Source of the DNA: Balanoglossus misakiensis
Lineage: Eukaryota > Animalia > Hemichordata
Assembly (NCBI GenBank): GCA_040954595.2
Contig: CM082578.2
Coordinates: 12,338,520-12,402,519 of the forward strand
DNA length: 64,000 bases
Direction of reading: 5' to 3'
Made by a program: the position numbers and the translations under genes. The stretch's first letter is position 1; each line of letters starts with the position of its first letter. This document shows, one piece after another, positions 34,254-49,097 of this stretch. The notes beneath the pieces were generated by a model. That model was not told the DNA's origin. It searched no databases and worked only from the letters and a program-made list of their open reading frames with translations.

Positions 34254-36273
34254 TTTAAAAACGCCGGACCAGCCTGGATTTTCATATCAAATGTGTGTAT
34301 TTCTGTAGTTTTATAAGACAATAGACAAGGAGTACGAGACGTGTAGCTCTTCTCTATATGTGTATCCTCATCCCCCGTTATTTTGTGAGAAATTTCTCCC
34401 CCGAACAAAGAAAGAGGACTAAAACATTTTGTATCCAAATGGGATATATATATTATACCATAGATTTGAAATGAAGGACAATTTTGAGAGTTTAAGCTTT
34501 ATCTTTTACAAGAAATTTGAGTATAATGAATGAATTTGATAGATTTTTGCGTCAATGAGATCTCAGAAGTAGTTACTATATATATAAATATGAGAAATAG
34601 GCCACTGTCTTATTGAAATGTAGTTATTTTCTCACACAAAAATCTAAATGAATGTAAAAGTTTTGACTGATGGAATATTTGTTTTTACCGGTGTACATTA
34701 CCTGTAATATTTCCTATTGTGTACAAGTTCAATGTCATGTCCAATTTTTTTCCCCGAAACTTTGTGTCTGGCAATTTGTATAGGCTTTTGAATTCAGATG
34801 TCCTCACCCTAGTGTGACAGATGTATTTTTTTGCTTGCGAAGTACTTTTGCAATTCTATTTTATTTCAGTTTCAGTATTTTACTCAGAGACTTTACTATA
34901 GAAGGGTTGAAAGTAGTGAACCCATGTGACGAATGATTTAGTGAAGCTGAGACATCTTGTTTTTTTTAGGAGGAACTTTTTTCAATGTGTTTGCCAGACT
35001 CCGTAAAATGGCAAAATATAAATATCCAAAAGTTTTTTTAAGAAAAAAAAAGAATAATGGTTGAATGTAGCAGTGTTTTTTTTCTTTGATATGTGTGAAA
35101 AAAAAGAGGCGATAAAAATAGGTCCACGCTTACATGTTAAATCAGATGACTGATATTTACCACGGCAGCTGTAACAGTGATGTGTTTTTGCATTGGTTTG
35201 ACTTCCGTTCGTAACTTGATCAATTCCCTGGGTGAGGGATTGCCTACATGGTCCTACTTTATGAGAATCATTGTGATGAAGTCCATTGCTGTTATTCTGA
35301 AGTATGAGACAAGCTGGTCAGTACTCCCTGTGACCATGGACAGGGTGCCAAATCTTGGAGAGCGCCCCCAACCTTCTAATATACCATACCACATGTACAA
35401 TGTGGGCAAAGATGTCAAACTTTTGCAATTTTCAATGGTCAACAATCGCCCAAGAAATTCACGAATGATTGCAGTTTGGGGGAAAATTTTCACATTTAGT
35501 GATTCAATTTTTAATTTGATTTCCATATACAACCAACCTGATGCAGTTTTGTTCGTTTCTGTGGGAACATGCAAGGCAGCTTTCCTAAACATACCACAAT
35601 TACAACAGGAATTGTACATTGTTAATATTGACCAAAGGTTATGGACTGCCACAAAATAATAGTCTATTTTCACGGACAAGAAGGAATATTTTGAGGGTAA
35701 GTGTCAGAAATTTGACAGTTTTCCTGTACAGTCATTTAATTGCTCTTGCTGTAAGATAGCATCACGTTTTACAAGAAGCTTGGCATAAAATGGGGGTCAA
35801 AATTAACTTAGCCAGATAAAAATTGTTTTAACCTGAATAAACCTGGTTGGTTATTACAACAGTCTACCAGATACCTTAACAATTGTACTTTCCCATCTCA
35901 CCATAGATGAAGGAATATCAAATTGAGCCTGATATTTCTGTGAACTTAAAATAAATAAGCCATCAAATTGAAATAAAAGTAATGTCAATTGTGAGCGATT
36001 TTGGCCCTTAGATAACTGAAGTTGTACTGGTGTGGGGGGGGTATCTTTGTCGATGTATGCATTTTCTTTTAGTTCAGAGCATGTTTTTTTTATCCAGATG
36101 TCACTGATGATGTATACAAGTTACCCATTTTATTTGACAATAAAAGAAAGTAAAAGCTCAAATATTTACTGTTAGATATGACACTTTACTTGTCCTTTAT
36201 AATAAATCTGCTTATCAGATTGATCGAGCTGCAGTGAATCATGGGTAAATTCACTCGCACCAAATCTTACAAA

Positions 36274-39089
36274 ATGGCGGAGGTCGATACAGTAGAAGCA
36301 GCCGCTACCAGCTCAGAAACAGATTTCTCCAACTGGATGGCAAATCTGCCCGCGAGGTTATGCTGTGAACCACTGAAGAATATTGCAATTCCAGGTAAGA
36401 TGCCCACTTTGCATTATTTGCTACTGCTAATTAATGACATGCGTGCGTCCGTCGCGCCGGCGGCCGGATGAATCTGTATTGCATGTACATGTAAACAAAC
36501 TTTTAAAACGCCTATTCACGATGGTCAGTGTAGTAGTGCAGTGTGTACTTTACCCAGTGTCTCCCTAGAACATGCAGTAAACTGGTTGTGTGCCAGGTCG
36601 ACAAGTGGCGCCGACCTTCGAAAAATGTAAGTCACAAAATGTATGAACTGCGCCCATCAGCACAGTTCCTTGTAAGTTGTGTGTGAGGGCGTGATATTGA
36701 CAGTGCCTTCGTTGCTATGAATTTTCGTCAAGTTGTGGAAACAGACTGCTCTCCTCATTTTTATCAATCAAAACATGACAACTCATTGAGTGGAACATCG
36801 TTTAGTATCCTAGTACATTTGTACTGTCCACGATCAGTGGTTGAAGTTTTAAAAAAAAATTGTTGCATCTTACTAACAAGCACAAAAATTCGTCTGGTTC
36901 CAGTTCTGGACGATTATGGTATTAGGTAAACAATATATTGGCCTATGTACTGGTTTATAGATTATGATCACTCAAGTAACTTGTCAAACAGTTAAATTTT
37001 TCAGTTTCTAATAAGCAGGTGATTATTTTAAACACGCCTAGTAGCGGTTGTACAATGCATTATTTGTACATATGTTTGCGCTACATGTATATTGACAGGG
37101 CCAGACATTGTGTAAAAATACCCATGAAAATCATCTCTTTCTGGTATATATGATTACAAAGGTTTCATGGTTTCTGAAAATGTATCCCACGTTTTAAAAA
37201 GTTTTCATAATTAATTTATGATAAACGATAAATTTTCAAGTATTTTGTCTTTCACATACATGTGTATGCATGTTGTGGGTAACATTGGGGTGCATGCCAT
37301 ATATTAAATTTCAGAAAGAGGTCTCAGTTGGAAATTTCATTTAGTGTAAATCCAATTGGCAACAGACGCTGTTTGTTCGATGCTGCGCAGTTGCCAACTG
37401 ATGCCGATTTGTTTTTTGACACTGGTTGCTACGGACACCAGAGTCAACAAGAGAACAGAGCAAATTCCCATATCATTGGGGAACTTGAGCCCATGATTTA
37501 TCACGTACGTCACCACAAAGAGTCGGTAATCTGGGAGCTTTTGGCTGAGATCATTTATCACACTGCTGTCCGGCAAAGTTGTCAATATGTAAAGGATGGT
37601 AATGACGCTGACGCCCGCTAGCCGTAGTTCCATTGGCGCCAGCAAGCGTTGTTGAGCGTAACATTGATTATGGAGGGTTATATTAGAGGGAGCTCAGTTC
37701 TCACTGTGTTGCTGAGCATGTGTCCAAGCACCAAAGCATGCACACTGACAAATGCACCCGTAGACCTTCAGAGCTTAATATTAACAAGTTCTATCAATCA
37801 CTAGCTTTTTAGTTGTTGTTTTTTATTACCCTCTGTAGGAATGGTGGAATTAGCTGGTAGTGCGTAGTGTGGTGTTCATTCTCACGTTTGCCCCTCTGTG
37901 AACATCTGTGTCAGGAGCCAATATTCAGAGATTAATTAAATGCCTGCATCTGAGTTTCAACAATTTGCTGTCACAATTCAGATCTTACTGCGTGTTTGTG
38001 GTTTCACATCTACTGTTCTGGAACCTATCTACTGTTCTGGTATTCGTTAAAAATTTAAAAAAATCACTTTTTCCATTCAAAATGTTCCCAGTTTTGAGGT
38101 CTTTACATAAAACAGCAAGTCAACAAGCCATAGGTCATGAATTTAAATGTCGTGCATTGGTTCATCCTCTGTCTTGCCTGTGTGTTTTATATCCTGATTG
38201 TTTGATGCACATTCCATGTCAATAACGGTACCACCACTCTCCTGTTCGTTCTTCAGGATCTCACAACTCTTTTTCCAGCAGTCTGGATGTCAAGTCCGGA
38301 GTCGCTCCGGGATCGCCGGACACCATCAGGAACCTGGTCTCGGTGTTCGGGAGCGCCGCCAAGGAAATCGTCTACAAGTGGTCCGTCAACCAGAGTCTCG
38401 GCTTCACAGAGCAACTGGAGCGCGGCATCCGTTACTTTGATCTTCGGGTGTCGGCCTGCTCGGGCGGGCAAGACGCGTACTTCGTCCACGGGCTGTACGC
38501 GGGGAAGGTGGCGGACGCCATGAAGGAGATCAACGTCTGGTTGGAGGGCCACCCGAAGGAGGTGGTGCTGCTGGACTTCAACCACCTGTACGAGATGGAA
38601 GGGGAGCACCACGCCCAGCTGACGCGGCAGCTCGTCGACGTATTCCGGGGCAAGATCTGCCCCCACATCGAGGTGGACGGCTGCGCCTTGAACGTGCTGT
38701 GGGACAACCAGTGGCAGGTGATCGTCTTCTACCACGACGACGCGGCCGACGGCAACCACAACCTGTGGCACGGGCGCTGCATCGCCTCGCCCTGGCCGCG
38801 GACCGCCGAAGCCCCCAAGTTGGTCAACCTCTTGGAGGCCTTCCACACCCGGGGCAGGAATCCGGACAAGTTTCACGTGACCCAGGGCGTCCTGACCCCG
38901 ACCGGCACCACCATCCTGGCGAACATCGGGAAGGATTTGAGAAGCATTTTCGGCCTCACCGCCATTAAGAATTTACAGTTTTATCTCAGGGACAAGAAAA
39001 TCGGTGCCAAAGGTATCAATATTGTGATAGCAGATTTTATTGAATTGAACGATTTTGTACCCAGCGTACTGGCCCTTAATGATCGGTGA
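36274..39089 (+). CDS. PLCXD3: PI-PLC X domain-containing protein (PLCXD2/3-like), ~317 aa
   Basis: Exons 36274-36394 and 38257-39089 (954 nt). Motifs NWMANLP..LKNIAIP|GSHNSF, QLERGIRYFDLRV, YFVHGL, HPKEVVLLDFNH, SPWP, FHVTQGVLTP, INIVIADF. Both putative catalytic His residues are present. An upstream in-frame ATG at 36241 is an alternative start. Confidence 0.93.
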
Positions 39090-40828
39090 CAAGTGTAGGC
39101 ATGGCAGCGACTCACAGTTGTAGCTCCTACACATGTGCTATATATATATGTATCAGGCGCGAATTGTATTCTATGTGTTAGCTCAAAGCTTACTATCCAG
39201 CACAGCCCTACTCAGCAGCATTAGGGTTGAATTATTTCCCCGGAAACTCTCCCTAATTCGCCTCTCAATCTCTATTTGAAATGGAATGATTTTTTCCATC
39301 AGTGATCACTGAAATGCTGCTGGGCATAAGGTTTTCCCTGACTATACAAATGTGAAAACTATCACAGATACCAAAGTATGTTTGGTGCGAGCAAAGTAGT
39401 TGCAGATGCCTCGCTCTACCCTATCCTCTGTTGGCAATGTCTTCTGCTCGTACGGGTATTGATACAAGGAACGGATTGGCAGAGTGTCAATAGGTCAAAA
39501 TGCCTATTACTGGTTAATCCAAACTCTATGTAAATGCTGTCTGTTCAACAAAGCCAGGGTGCCCCACAAGTCAACCCCAATTTCTAAATTGGCACATGCA
39601 TGTATCGGTTGGATGTAATTATATCCAATATGCATAATCGCTATATTTAAATACCCCTTTTCCGGCAAATGCGCCGTCTCATTCAATATACCACAGACAT
39701 ACTAGGTAACAATACAAGCGGCGTAGTGGCATTCACTATTAAATGAAGGCTGCCCAGTGATGTAAGTGATTGTCTGGCCTGTCTGGCGTTTGCATGAATA
39801 GCAGTCAGGCACTAATGGGAGCCAATCAAATTTCAATTTCCACTTCTCAGCCGCAAGACGTAGATTTTATAGCGGGATCAACCCTGCCACAAGATCTGCG
39901 TTGTCAATTTATCCGAATTTGCCGAGGATAACGCGGTGCATTAAGTGAGATTTGGGGGTGTCTCTCACGATGGCCCGATGGAATTCGGAAATGAGAACAG
40001 AAGCAGAGAAATCAATCTCCCGTTCAGTCTGTCGAACAGATTAATGCATGATCCCAGTTCATCATGTTTCAGAATTAACACCCAAAAAAATCCCCCACAA
40101 CTTGTTTTTACCATACTCAGGAAAAAAAGTCAAGGGTTTTCAAGTACGAATAGACAAGTGCCAGATCCTCCTTGCCATATTTATCTAAAATATTACGCAG
40201 GCGTGTGTCCCTCATTCCTACCTTATTGATTGTTAAAATGACTGATCGATGAATCAAACTCACTACAGCAAATTAATTTGTACCTCATTGCCGTCTGAGA
40301 TTGCCATCAACATCAACTTGCCACCAGACTCAGTGTGTGTTATGAATAAGACTCAGAAAGTGAAACTTGTAGTGTTTTTTTTATATCACAATGAAAATCA
40401 GCACTTTGGTGAATTCAGAGATACACACATAATAGTTTCTACAGACTGTGACACTTGCAAGTGTCCCTTATTGTACATTTGTTCAGGTCATAATGGATTC
40501 GGGAGTGGACATTGGGCTCGTTACACTCACAAAGAAGGTCATTTATGGCTGTTAAAAGTACTCTGTCTTGTTTTAGTGCTTTTGTTTCAATAGGTAGTTA
40601 ATGCAATGTACACGCAAACTCTTTTACTAGCAGACTGTGACCAACTCAGACTTTTTAAGTATATTTGTGTGTGGGTGCATCCACGGTGTGTGATGATAAT
40701 TTAGATAGGGGAAAATGCAATCAAATGCACATTGAATTGGGAAAGATTATTTGAATTGGAGAAAGAAGCAACGAATCATTAGCTGAGTTGCGTAAGCAGC
40801 CATTCAAGCAAGAGATACGATCTTCTCA

Positions 40829-40852
40829 TCATTCATTCATTCATTCATTCAT
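40829..40852. repeat. (CATT)n short microsatellite
   Basis: cattcattcattcattcattcatt. Confidence 0.8.
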
Positions 40853-43800
40853 TTACCGGAGCTTTGATATTGCTCTGAGGCAGACATGCTCGGGTCGACT
40901 ATCCACACAAAGTCGAGAGCAGTCGTATAATTTACCCATCATGGTACACGTGTATCCAGCAGCAAGTCAAACATGGTAATCAAACGTAATATCGCGGACG
41001 CCCACTCCAGTTTCGCTCTCTCCTCAGATTATATTTACATGTGCGCTAGACAGAGGTCACCTGGGGAGGTTTGCAGTAATAGGGCCACGGGTTGCCGGTG
41101 ACGAAAGTCTCAGATGTTGTGCCGTCTAAGTCAAATTTGCAATGATCGTGTCGGTTGTTCCCTCTCGCTAATTGCTGGTCGTTCTATTCCTCGCATCCTG
41201 TCATTCGACAAACACTGCTCCCCAACTCCGGGTGTCGGAAATTGAAATGTTTTCACGCAAGAACGTTCCCAATTTTCCATTGTATATACAGAAGTGGAAT
41301 TATGTTCCGTTGCACCGCGAACGCTGTGGGCCTAAACACACTCCGACATCTAATAAACTCAGCCACGTTGGTTATTCTATATATAGTATCCCTTTCGTCT
41401 CAAAGGTTTCATTTTTCTTGTTAGCCACTCACACAGGGACATGATTGGTTGTCCGGCTGTAGGAAGGAAGGCTGTCTCCGCACACAAAACCAACAACTGA
41501 ATTCCTCGGTGATCACTCAGAGATTTTCTTTTGTTGTCCCACTTTGTAATCAACAAGCCCCAGCTAGAGTTTCACCGGTCTTTCTTTGAAAAATAGAAGA
41601 CCTGAAATCCCAGGAGCAGGGGCCACTGTGTGATACATGTATTGAATTTCCACACAACAGGGATCAGAAAATGTGTAAATGATCCTGGATCTTTTGCCTA
41701 ACAAAATGCTTGCATGTAAAACTAGAAATTAATAGAAAGTCATGGTATCAAAACACTGGGTTCACTGGATGCAGTTTTTCTGTCAATTGATGGCTACATA
41801 GTGTAGGTATACCCAATATGTTGATTCTTCACTCCAGTTTTAAAGAACGTTTTGTACAAGTGTAAGCAGGCAGATACTACTAGTTATTACAATAACATCG
41901 TTTAGCATGAGTTGCAAACTGAAAGTATGGAAATTATGAGGTTTACTTCAAACTTGTGGCTGCATACCTTTGACGAGGGCGCCACCTAGAGTTAAGAAAG
42001 CATTCGCACATGCACGTGAGTCAATGTCAGTTTTACGAGTGATTTACCTGTTTGTAGTTTAAAATGTTCCCAATTCTCAATGTCTTTAAGCCCATTAGCT
42101 GTAGCTTTTGGCCATTTCTTCAGCATTTATGCAGTTTCTTGTTCGACTCGCTTAAACCAGTATATTGCTAATCAACAACGCCCATATGTGTACATGCCGC
42201 GCTATTGCAAGGGAAAAAGTCGATTTACCCCAGATATTTTCCCCCGAAATCGATCTCAGGTTGATGTAAATTATAAATATTAGACATGTAATTTCATACC
42301 GGTTGGCAAAGGGGTTCTGGACGAAACTGAGCTGAGATATTAAAAAACAGAATACCTCCTACGGCCGGCAAGCCAGGTAATAAAAGAAATCTGGCGTCAC
42401 GTGATGCTACCATCTACTCGGATTGGAAAATGGAGGAAAAGCGTAAGGTATTATCAGCCATTCGGTTAGGCGGTGAGAAATCAAAACCACACGCGACGAC
42501 AGACCCGGGATCTCTCGGTCGTAATAACAGTGCCGAAGACAAGTCATTTAAAAAGATGTATGGACATATCCCATGGCGACACCAGTCTGCCTATAGTTTG
42601 ATGCACACAATGACAAAGCATTTGATTAAATGAATAGCAAGGTCTGTGGTGTTATAATTTTCCCGTGTTTTTAGCGCAAGACTTCTACTTTCTAGTTTTC
42701 TTGAAAATCGGGGACGCGTCCTTGGATGTGGACTGACCAAAATAAATAGGCCGAGTATTAGATTTGCGACATGCACGCATCTGTCTTCAGAGATCTTGTT
42801 TGAGATTTTGTATTAATCCGAGCAAATGGTATGACGTCGATGCAGTCAAAGAGATTCACATGCAGAGCGGAGTCGGTAATGCCAATAGCTGAAACGTGGC
42901 TATAGGTATTTGTATAAAGGTATTCTTAGCTTAGCGAAATGGGAATGCAAATTGATTTCGTATCATGACAACACTTAGGCCGTTTTCTTGGTATTAAATC
43001 TAGAGCGAGCTGTACGGCATTCCAGTGTAATGTGTATGTAATCTCCCATGAATTATATTGTACCTCTGTGACCCTATTCCCAATATCGCGATTCCATTTT
43101 CCACGAGATTATGGCTATAAATCACTGGTTTCGACGGATGAGCGGTGAGCGAGAACACTACTTCAGTCGCAATGGGGGATGGGGGTCAGCTAGTCTGAAA
43201 CTATCAGGAAAACAGGAGCCGAGATGATCCGGGTTTTATATGCTCAAATTAAAATGAACGAAATGCAAATCCTTCAAAGTACATGTACATATGTATACTC
43301 ACTACGGCATTCCTTGATGATCATCTGTATATGTCAGGCCCTATTCAAGTTTTCTCAACTTGCTTCCAGCTAATGCAGTTGTAAAATTATATTCAGTCTC
43401 GATTAGAAAAAAATATATGCATACATACGGGATTCAAGGTGCTAAGTAATTATCAGAAAATTCGACCCCCCCCCCCCCTGTTGTAGCCCGTGGTGGTTCA
43501 TTCTTTGCGCGTCGACTACCTTTCCCTAATCTGCTCCCTAAAGCATTTTGAAATGTGATTTGACTTCCCATCAATTGTTAGATGTACTGTGAACTATCGA
43601 ATGTCACGCACGGATGTAAATTCATTGTCAACATCTTCCTGTTAAATACACACTGGTTTTTAAAGACTCGCGGTTTGTAAGTCTATAGCCAGAGTACTAG
43701 CATATAGCCAGGAACGTGTATATGCGCATACCATAAGTAGTTGTTGCACGTGACAGAATCTTGCTGATCGCAAACTGGTTATAAAGGCTCGCGAGTCTGT

Positions 43801-46800
43801 AGTCAGTGATGTTGTGTGTTGGTGTATATGTCTATAGTCAGAGTACATAGCAAGGGATGTGTAAGCGTTTAGCAGAAGAAGAAAATGCAGTCAATAAACA
43901 TTCATTGACAAAATACTGGAAAAAAAGTACCGCATCCGTGATCGCCTTTATATACAAAACACATCGTACTATACATTTGCGGCGAATTTGATTGATAGCG
44001 ATTGGCTTAACCATCAAATCAAAATTGCGCATTTTCTTCAAACAACCTCTTATAAGCTTCTGTCTCATGAAATATCGTTCATCTAATGTAACATTCGATA
44101 GGGAACTATAAATCAATAAAGACAAAATTGATGATTTTCCCCTTGAACTCTGAAAACGAATGCACATAAGACGTTGACCCTCTGACTCTTTTAATTGGTT
44201 GAACCGTAATAAAAAAAAAGATGTAGATCCTAGGCCTGTAGGTGCACAGTGACCCCATCGGTTTTTCTCATAATTCGTGATTTACGCAATAATGTGGAGG
44301 AATTCGGTGAGGGAGATCTCCCGTGGAGATATTATATGAGTACTTAGTAACCCGAAGAAAGGTACTCGCCTGGGCGCTTCGTAATGAAATATGGCCCGCA
44401 TTTAACTCCCTAGGGGCCCAGTTTGACGGATGTCAGCCGGATCTCTTTGAGTAGGAAAAAACCTCAAGTAAATTCTGTGCAACGGCTGCTTTTTTCTTTC
44501 TGTCGTCGGCTGCATTCCCATAGTTTCCCGTTCCATCGCTCGTATACTTTGTTTTTTCTCTCCGTGTACTTGTGACCACGTGACATGTACGCCACGTGCC
44601 CCACGTAAAATTAGGTAAAATTTGGAATCTATCTACATGTATCTGACTTGCTTGAAAATGGATCTCTGTTACAAAAGATAACCCACTCGGAAGATAACGA
44701 GTACGGGAAGTGCTCACGCGGAAGGTACGCAAATTACAGAAGTACGTACCAAACGGAAACTCGAGACCCATTTCAGCAGGGACACTTCAAAGTAAAGGGA
44801 TCACGTGCACACTGTTTCCAAGTTAAATTATGTGTCAACGACGTCCATCCAGTGAGCTTTTGACCCTGCGCAATAATTCAGTTTGTGTTTCCATTAGGCG
44901 CTGTCACCTTTGCGCAAGCTTTAAAAACGAGACAGAGGTTTGAAATCAGAAAGTGTACGCATATACCCATGATACCGATACGTCGTCATCCCGCGTTATT
45001 CAGTATCGCTGAGCCACTCCGCCCGGGTCACCGTCGGTTATTTCTCTCATCCTTCTCTCTCTCTCTCATCACAACTTGTTTGAAGGGATATGACGCACAC
45101 ACGCGCAGCCTTCCAGGGCAGCTGGGGCCTGGGAGCCAAGTAAAGACAGTTACAAAATCACGATTCTTTTAAACAATATGAGAGCCAGTTGAAGTAGAAT
45201 ATCACCACGAGTGTTGTCGATATAAGCGCAAATGCCACTGGGAATTTGGCAGCGAATTTATTGCTGCTGTTCAAAGGCAGACTTTAATCTCTGTGCTGAA
45301 CCGAAACCGATGACAGGAAAGTGAAGGGACTGGCAAGGGAAAAGAGATTGTCATTTCGATACCATTTTGAATATCATCTTTTGCTGATCGCTGTTTCGCG
45401 TGAGAAGTCATTCGTTCTTCTCGCCAAGGCATGCTAAGTTTTTGATCACCACAGAGAAGCACAAAGCACATCGACATGACAAGAAAAAAATCCCCGATGA
45501 CATAATTTCCGATATCTATGTCATGTTTATACCATCGTAGTTTCTGCCGTGAAATATTTTTTGAAAGAAAAATGCACGTGGTTTTGAAATAGCCAACAAA
45601 GCTGGGAACTTCAGTGACTGGAAAATGGGCCAGATTACACGAGTTTGAATTAAGGTCAGGTCACTATTAGCTCTAGCCCCACCTCTCTCATGAGAATTCG
45701 TGGAGATCCTTTTTATTCTGGTATTTAAAAAGGAAAAGAATAGCAACTGCGATAAATGTGGCATCATGTGGTCTCGGTAATGTCATAATTATGAACATAA
45801 TAAAGCAATCAGATTTGCTTGGCATCTAAGCCACTCTCTATAGGGTTTGATTATCAGTATATCACGACGGAAGGGCGTGACAAAACACTGCCACGGATAT
45901 TTATACTTATTAGACAATTTTCACACGTAGAACGGCGTGACCTATAGAGGAACAAAGTTGATTGCATTTCGACACCGTGCCTGAGAGGCACTTTGGAAAA
46001 TAAAGCTGTCAATCCTGGATAAGGAATATTTTTTTCATTAAATTATTTGAAGGGCATTTCGGTTTTTCAATGATAAATTCAAACTGTTAGTACTTTTAAT
46101 TTGTAAGAATTATCTGATACTTGCTTGAGATATTGATTTCTCACAGATAGGACTGTACAATATAATCTAGTTGCACTGAAAGGCAATGGCAGTTTACCTG
46201 TAATTTAATATTTTCAATCTTCGATATCAAACCATGTGCATGAGAAGATTCCGTTCATATATCTCATTTTTAATGAACCTCTCAATGTCTCTCCCACCCT
46301 ATCCAACAATTATGAACACAGCCTGAAATGTCACTGCCTGTCGGCTGATTTGGATTTGATTGCCAAACAGCAAATGGTTGCTGAAATCAGTCAGTTTACA
46401 TGCGGTTGGCATTTGACTTACAATTCCGAGGCACCCTTGAAATAAATTGCACGCGAATTAGATGTCATTTGGCGGGGGTTTAGCATTAGGTCAAGCACGT
46501 GTTCTGCGGTGCTTACGTATCGATCGAATGAACACTGTTTTCTATAAACAGACAAACAATGATGAAAGTAGTGCCAATCGGCGATCGGCGAGCGAACTCC
46601 CGTGTGGGCCCTGTGGCCATAGCTATAGCTACACGCCGACAATTAGCAGAGTCGCCGTGGAAAGACTGCGTCTCTGCCGTCGCCGTCACCACTTCCACGC
46701 AGAGAGCTCAGACGCAGATTGCGGCGCTCGGGGCACAACACCCAGCCAGGTTACACTATCATGTAAAGCACCAGCCTTTTGCACATATTAAGCTCTGATA

Positions 46801-48739
46801 CATGTCTTACTATTACAACTCTGGTCGCCGCGACTTTGCGCGTAGGAAGACGGTGACAATCCCTCGGAAGCCCAATCCCACTGGCAGGCGTTCTTTATTT
46901 GATAATACATAATTCCTCCAAAACTTGCATCGCAAATACATTCAATTGTCATTTAAATCTAAGAAGGAAAGAGAAAGCTCTCTTCACCTCAAAACAGTGC
47001 CAGACTCGTTTATATAAAACTTCTGAACCGATCACCTTGTACGCGGCATCAAAACACAGAACGCTAAAATATTGATTTTATTTGAACATGACGGCTCGAC
47101 GGCAGTTCTTGTATATGGGGACATGGAAGGCGATGGTATATGTATATTCGTGGCACGGGATTAAGAGTTAAGACCAGCTAGATAAATGATCCCGCCGAAT
47201 ACCTGACCCCTCTGCCCGCCGCGAGCTGTCGGCTGGCTTGTCTTTCAAACAAATGAAAGTACATCCTATATGGCCTTGAGCGAGCGAAGGTAAAATATTG
47301 TCACGATAAACTATAGCGCTACTGAGACAAATTAAATAACAAAAATCGTAATCAAGAACTGATACCGGGATCTCGTTAAAAGCCGGGGCATTCTACCCAA
47401 ATGGTCCCATCACACAGAGATAATGGAATTTTAAGACAAAAATAAGCCTCGGTCGGTGATTTTGGTTTGGGCAGCTAAATGTCCGTCCATGGGGGACCTA
47501 TAAAACTTGTGAGTGATTTATGAAATACATGTCCGCACGTGTTCGACAAATGCTACATGAAAAAACTCTAAAAATTAAGCATCCTTGCCGAAAAAATAGG
47601 TCGAGTCGCGGTAGATTGAACATAACAGTATGCGCAAACTGTCTCCCTGAAAATTACATTTTTATGAAATAAATATCTGCCTCTTTGCCAAGTCGTATCT
47701 TATCTCGTCGGGCATTATGTACTAAGTGTGTCTGAGATGCGGATTTGGACATGTATCTATAATGGGACTTGGAAATCCAAGACAAAATGACCACCGATCG
47801 GCCATGTTGGAGTAGAGTGCATGTCTGACTCAGTGTATTTTACTCCCTGTGGCTGTGTCGTCTGTCACTGCGTAAATACCCCTCCCCATTTATATGTCTA
47901 TTACATCTGTACCAAAAACCGGCGCGCCCGCACAGGTGATTCTGCTCCTTCTCTCAATAAAAACAACGGCCACTTATACGTTTGATCGTGTGTAGTAAAA
48001 CTGACGCGTGTATAGATTGAACCTGATGGGCCCCATGTTTAGACCTTCACGTATAAAGATAATGAACCGGGCCAAGTGGAGTGATAACTCCACCGTCTCC
48101 AACTAGTACCCGTTTCCCAAATCCATGCATTGCACAACCAGACGTTTTCCACTGCACAACCCACAAGCATTGCGGGTTTTTAAAGATACCCTCGTGATGT
48201 TGCTGTCGTCTCTTTTCGGCTTGTTCCTCCCCCCCCCCCTTGCCGGTTTGGCTTCTTGTGTGTTCACACGTGACGTCACTTGACGTCGCCAGGACGAATC
48301 CGCCATTGTCTCCGGCCAGTGAAAGCCTGACGGAGGACGAGCAGATATCAAGAACCGAAATCAGATGTTGCGACGATGATAATAATAATAATTGGCAATT
48401 TCCCACTGGAACAATCAGTTAAAAAGTTCACGGAATTGTCATTAAAAAGGTTTAGATCATTCAATTCAATCAGAATCTTAGCATTGTGCTCGGCCAATCT
48501 TTCACATATTTGCTCGGAGGAAACATATCGAAATAATTACAATGAGCTTATAGTACATAATTGTGATTTGCATACGCTGAATTGAAGCATTAAAAGAACG
48601 ACGTGTTGATGGTGAGATATCTTATAAAATATTACTTCGTTTTTATCTTACACATGCCTAAACCTAGATACCATTAACTCATAAACTCCCCGGTTGTCAT
48701 AGCGATATTCTGTTATCAAATCAATTTCACTCCTTTTAT

Positions 48740-49097
48740 TATTAGTTCGCGCGCTGTTAAAGTATACGCATGCGCACTTGCCGTCTGAGCCCAGAACCAG
48801 CTCGATTGGATTTGACGTATCAGTGAGCGGACAAAACGCAACGAGCAGCATCGCCCAAGTTTTCGCCGCTGTCACGTCGTGCAAAGTCAGAAATTACGCC
48901 GTGATGTGAACCGGCGCACTGTACGAGAGCGTCTGTGACAGTTTGTTTGCTGGCCGGTGGCCGTGTTGTGACATTTTTGAACTCGAGGATTGGAATCGAA
49001 GGTGTGAAGAATATATCGAGAGATTGAATGAAAAGATACCAGATTTGACTCTTTCCATTCGTCCGAGGCATTTCACAATGCGTGTTTGTAGTCACAG
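48740..49097 (+). promoter_or_regulatory. Putative promoter and first exon of a gene continuing rightwards
   Basis: NRF1-like CGCATGCGCA 48767, ATTGG 48805, TGACGT 48813, then a CpG-rich stretch ending in a strong donor CAG|GTAAGA at 49097/49098. Confidence 0.4.

Noticed and set aside
35177-35679. Overlapping 160-aa and 141-aa ORFs
   Set aside because: AT-rich, non-ATG starts, no domain similarity, and located in the probable SET-like 3'UTR.
37755-37800. cacccgtagacc resembling the miR-99/100 5' end
   Set aside because: The match is lost after ~10 nt and there is no complementary arm for a pre-miRNA hairpin.
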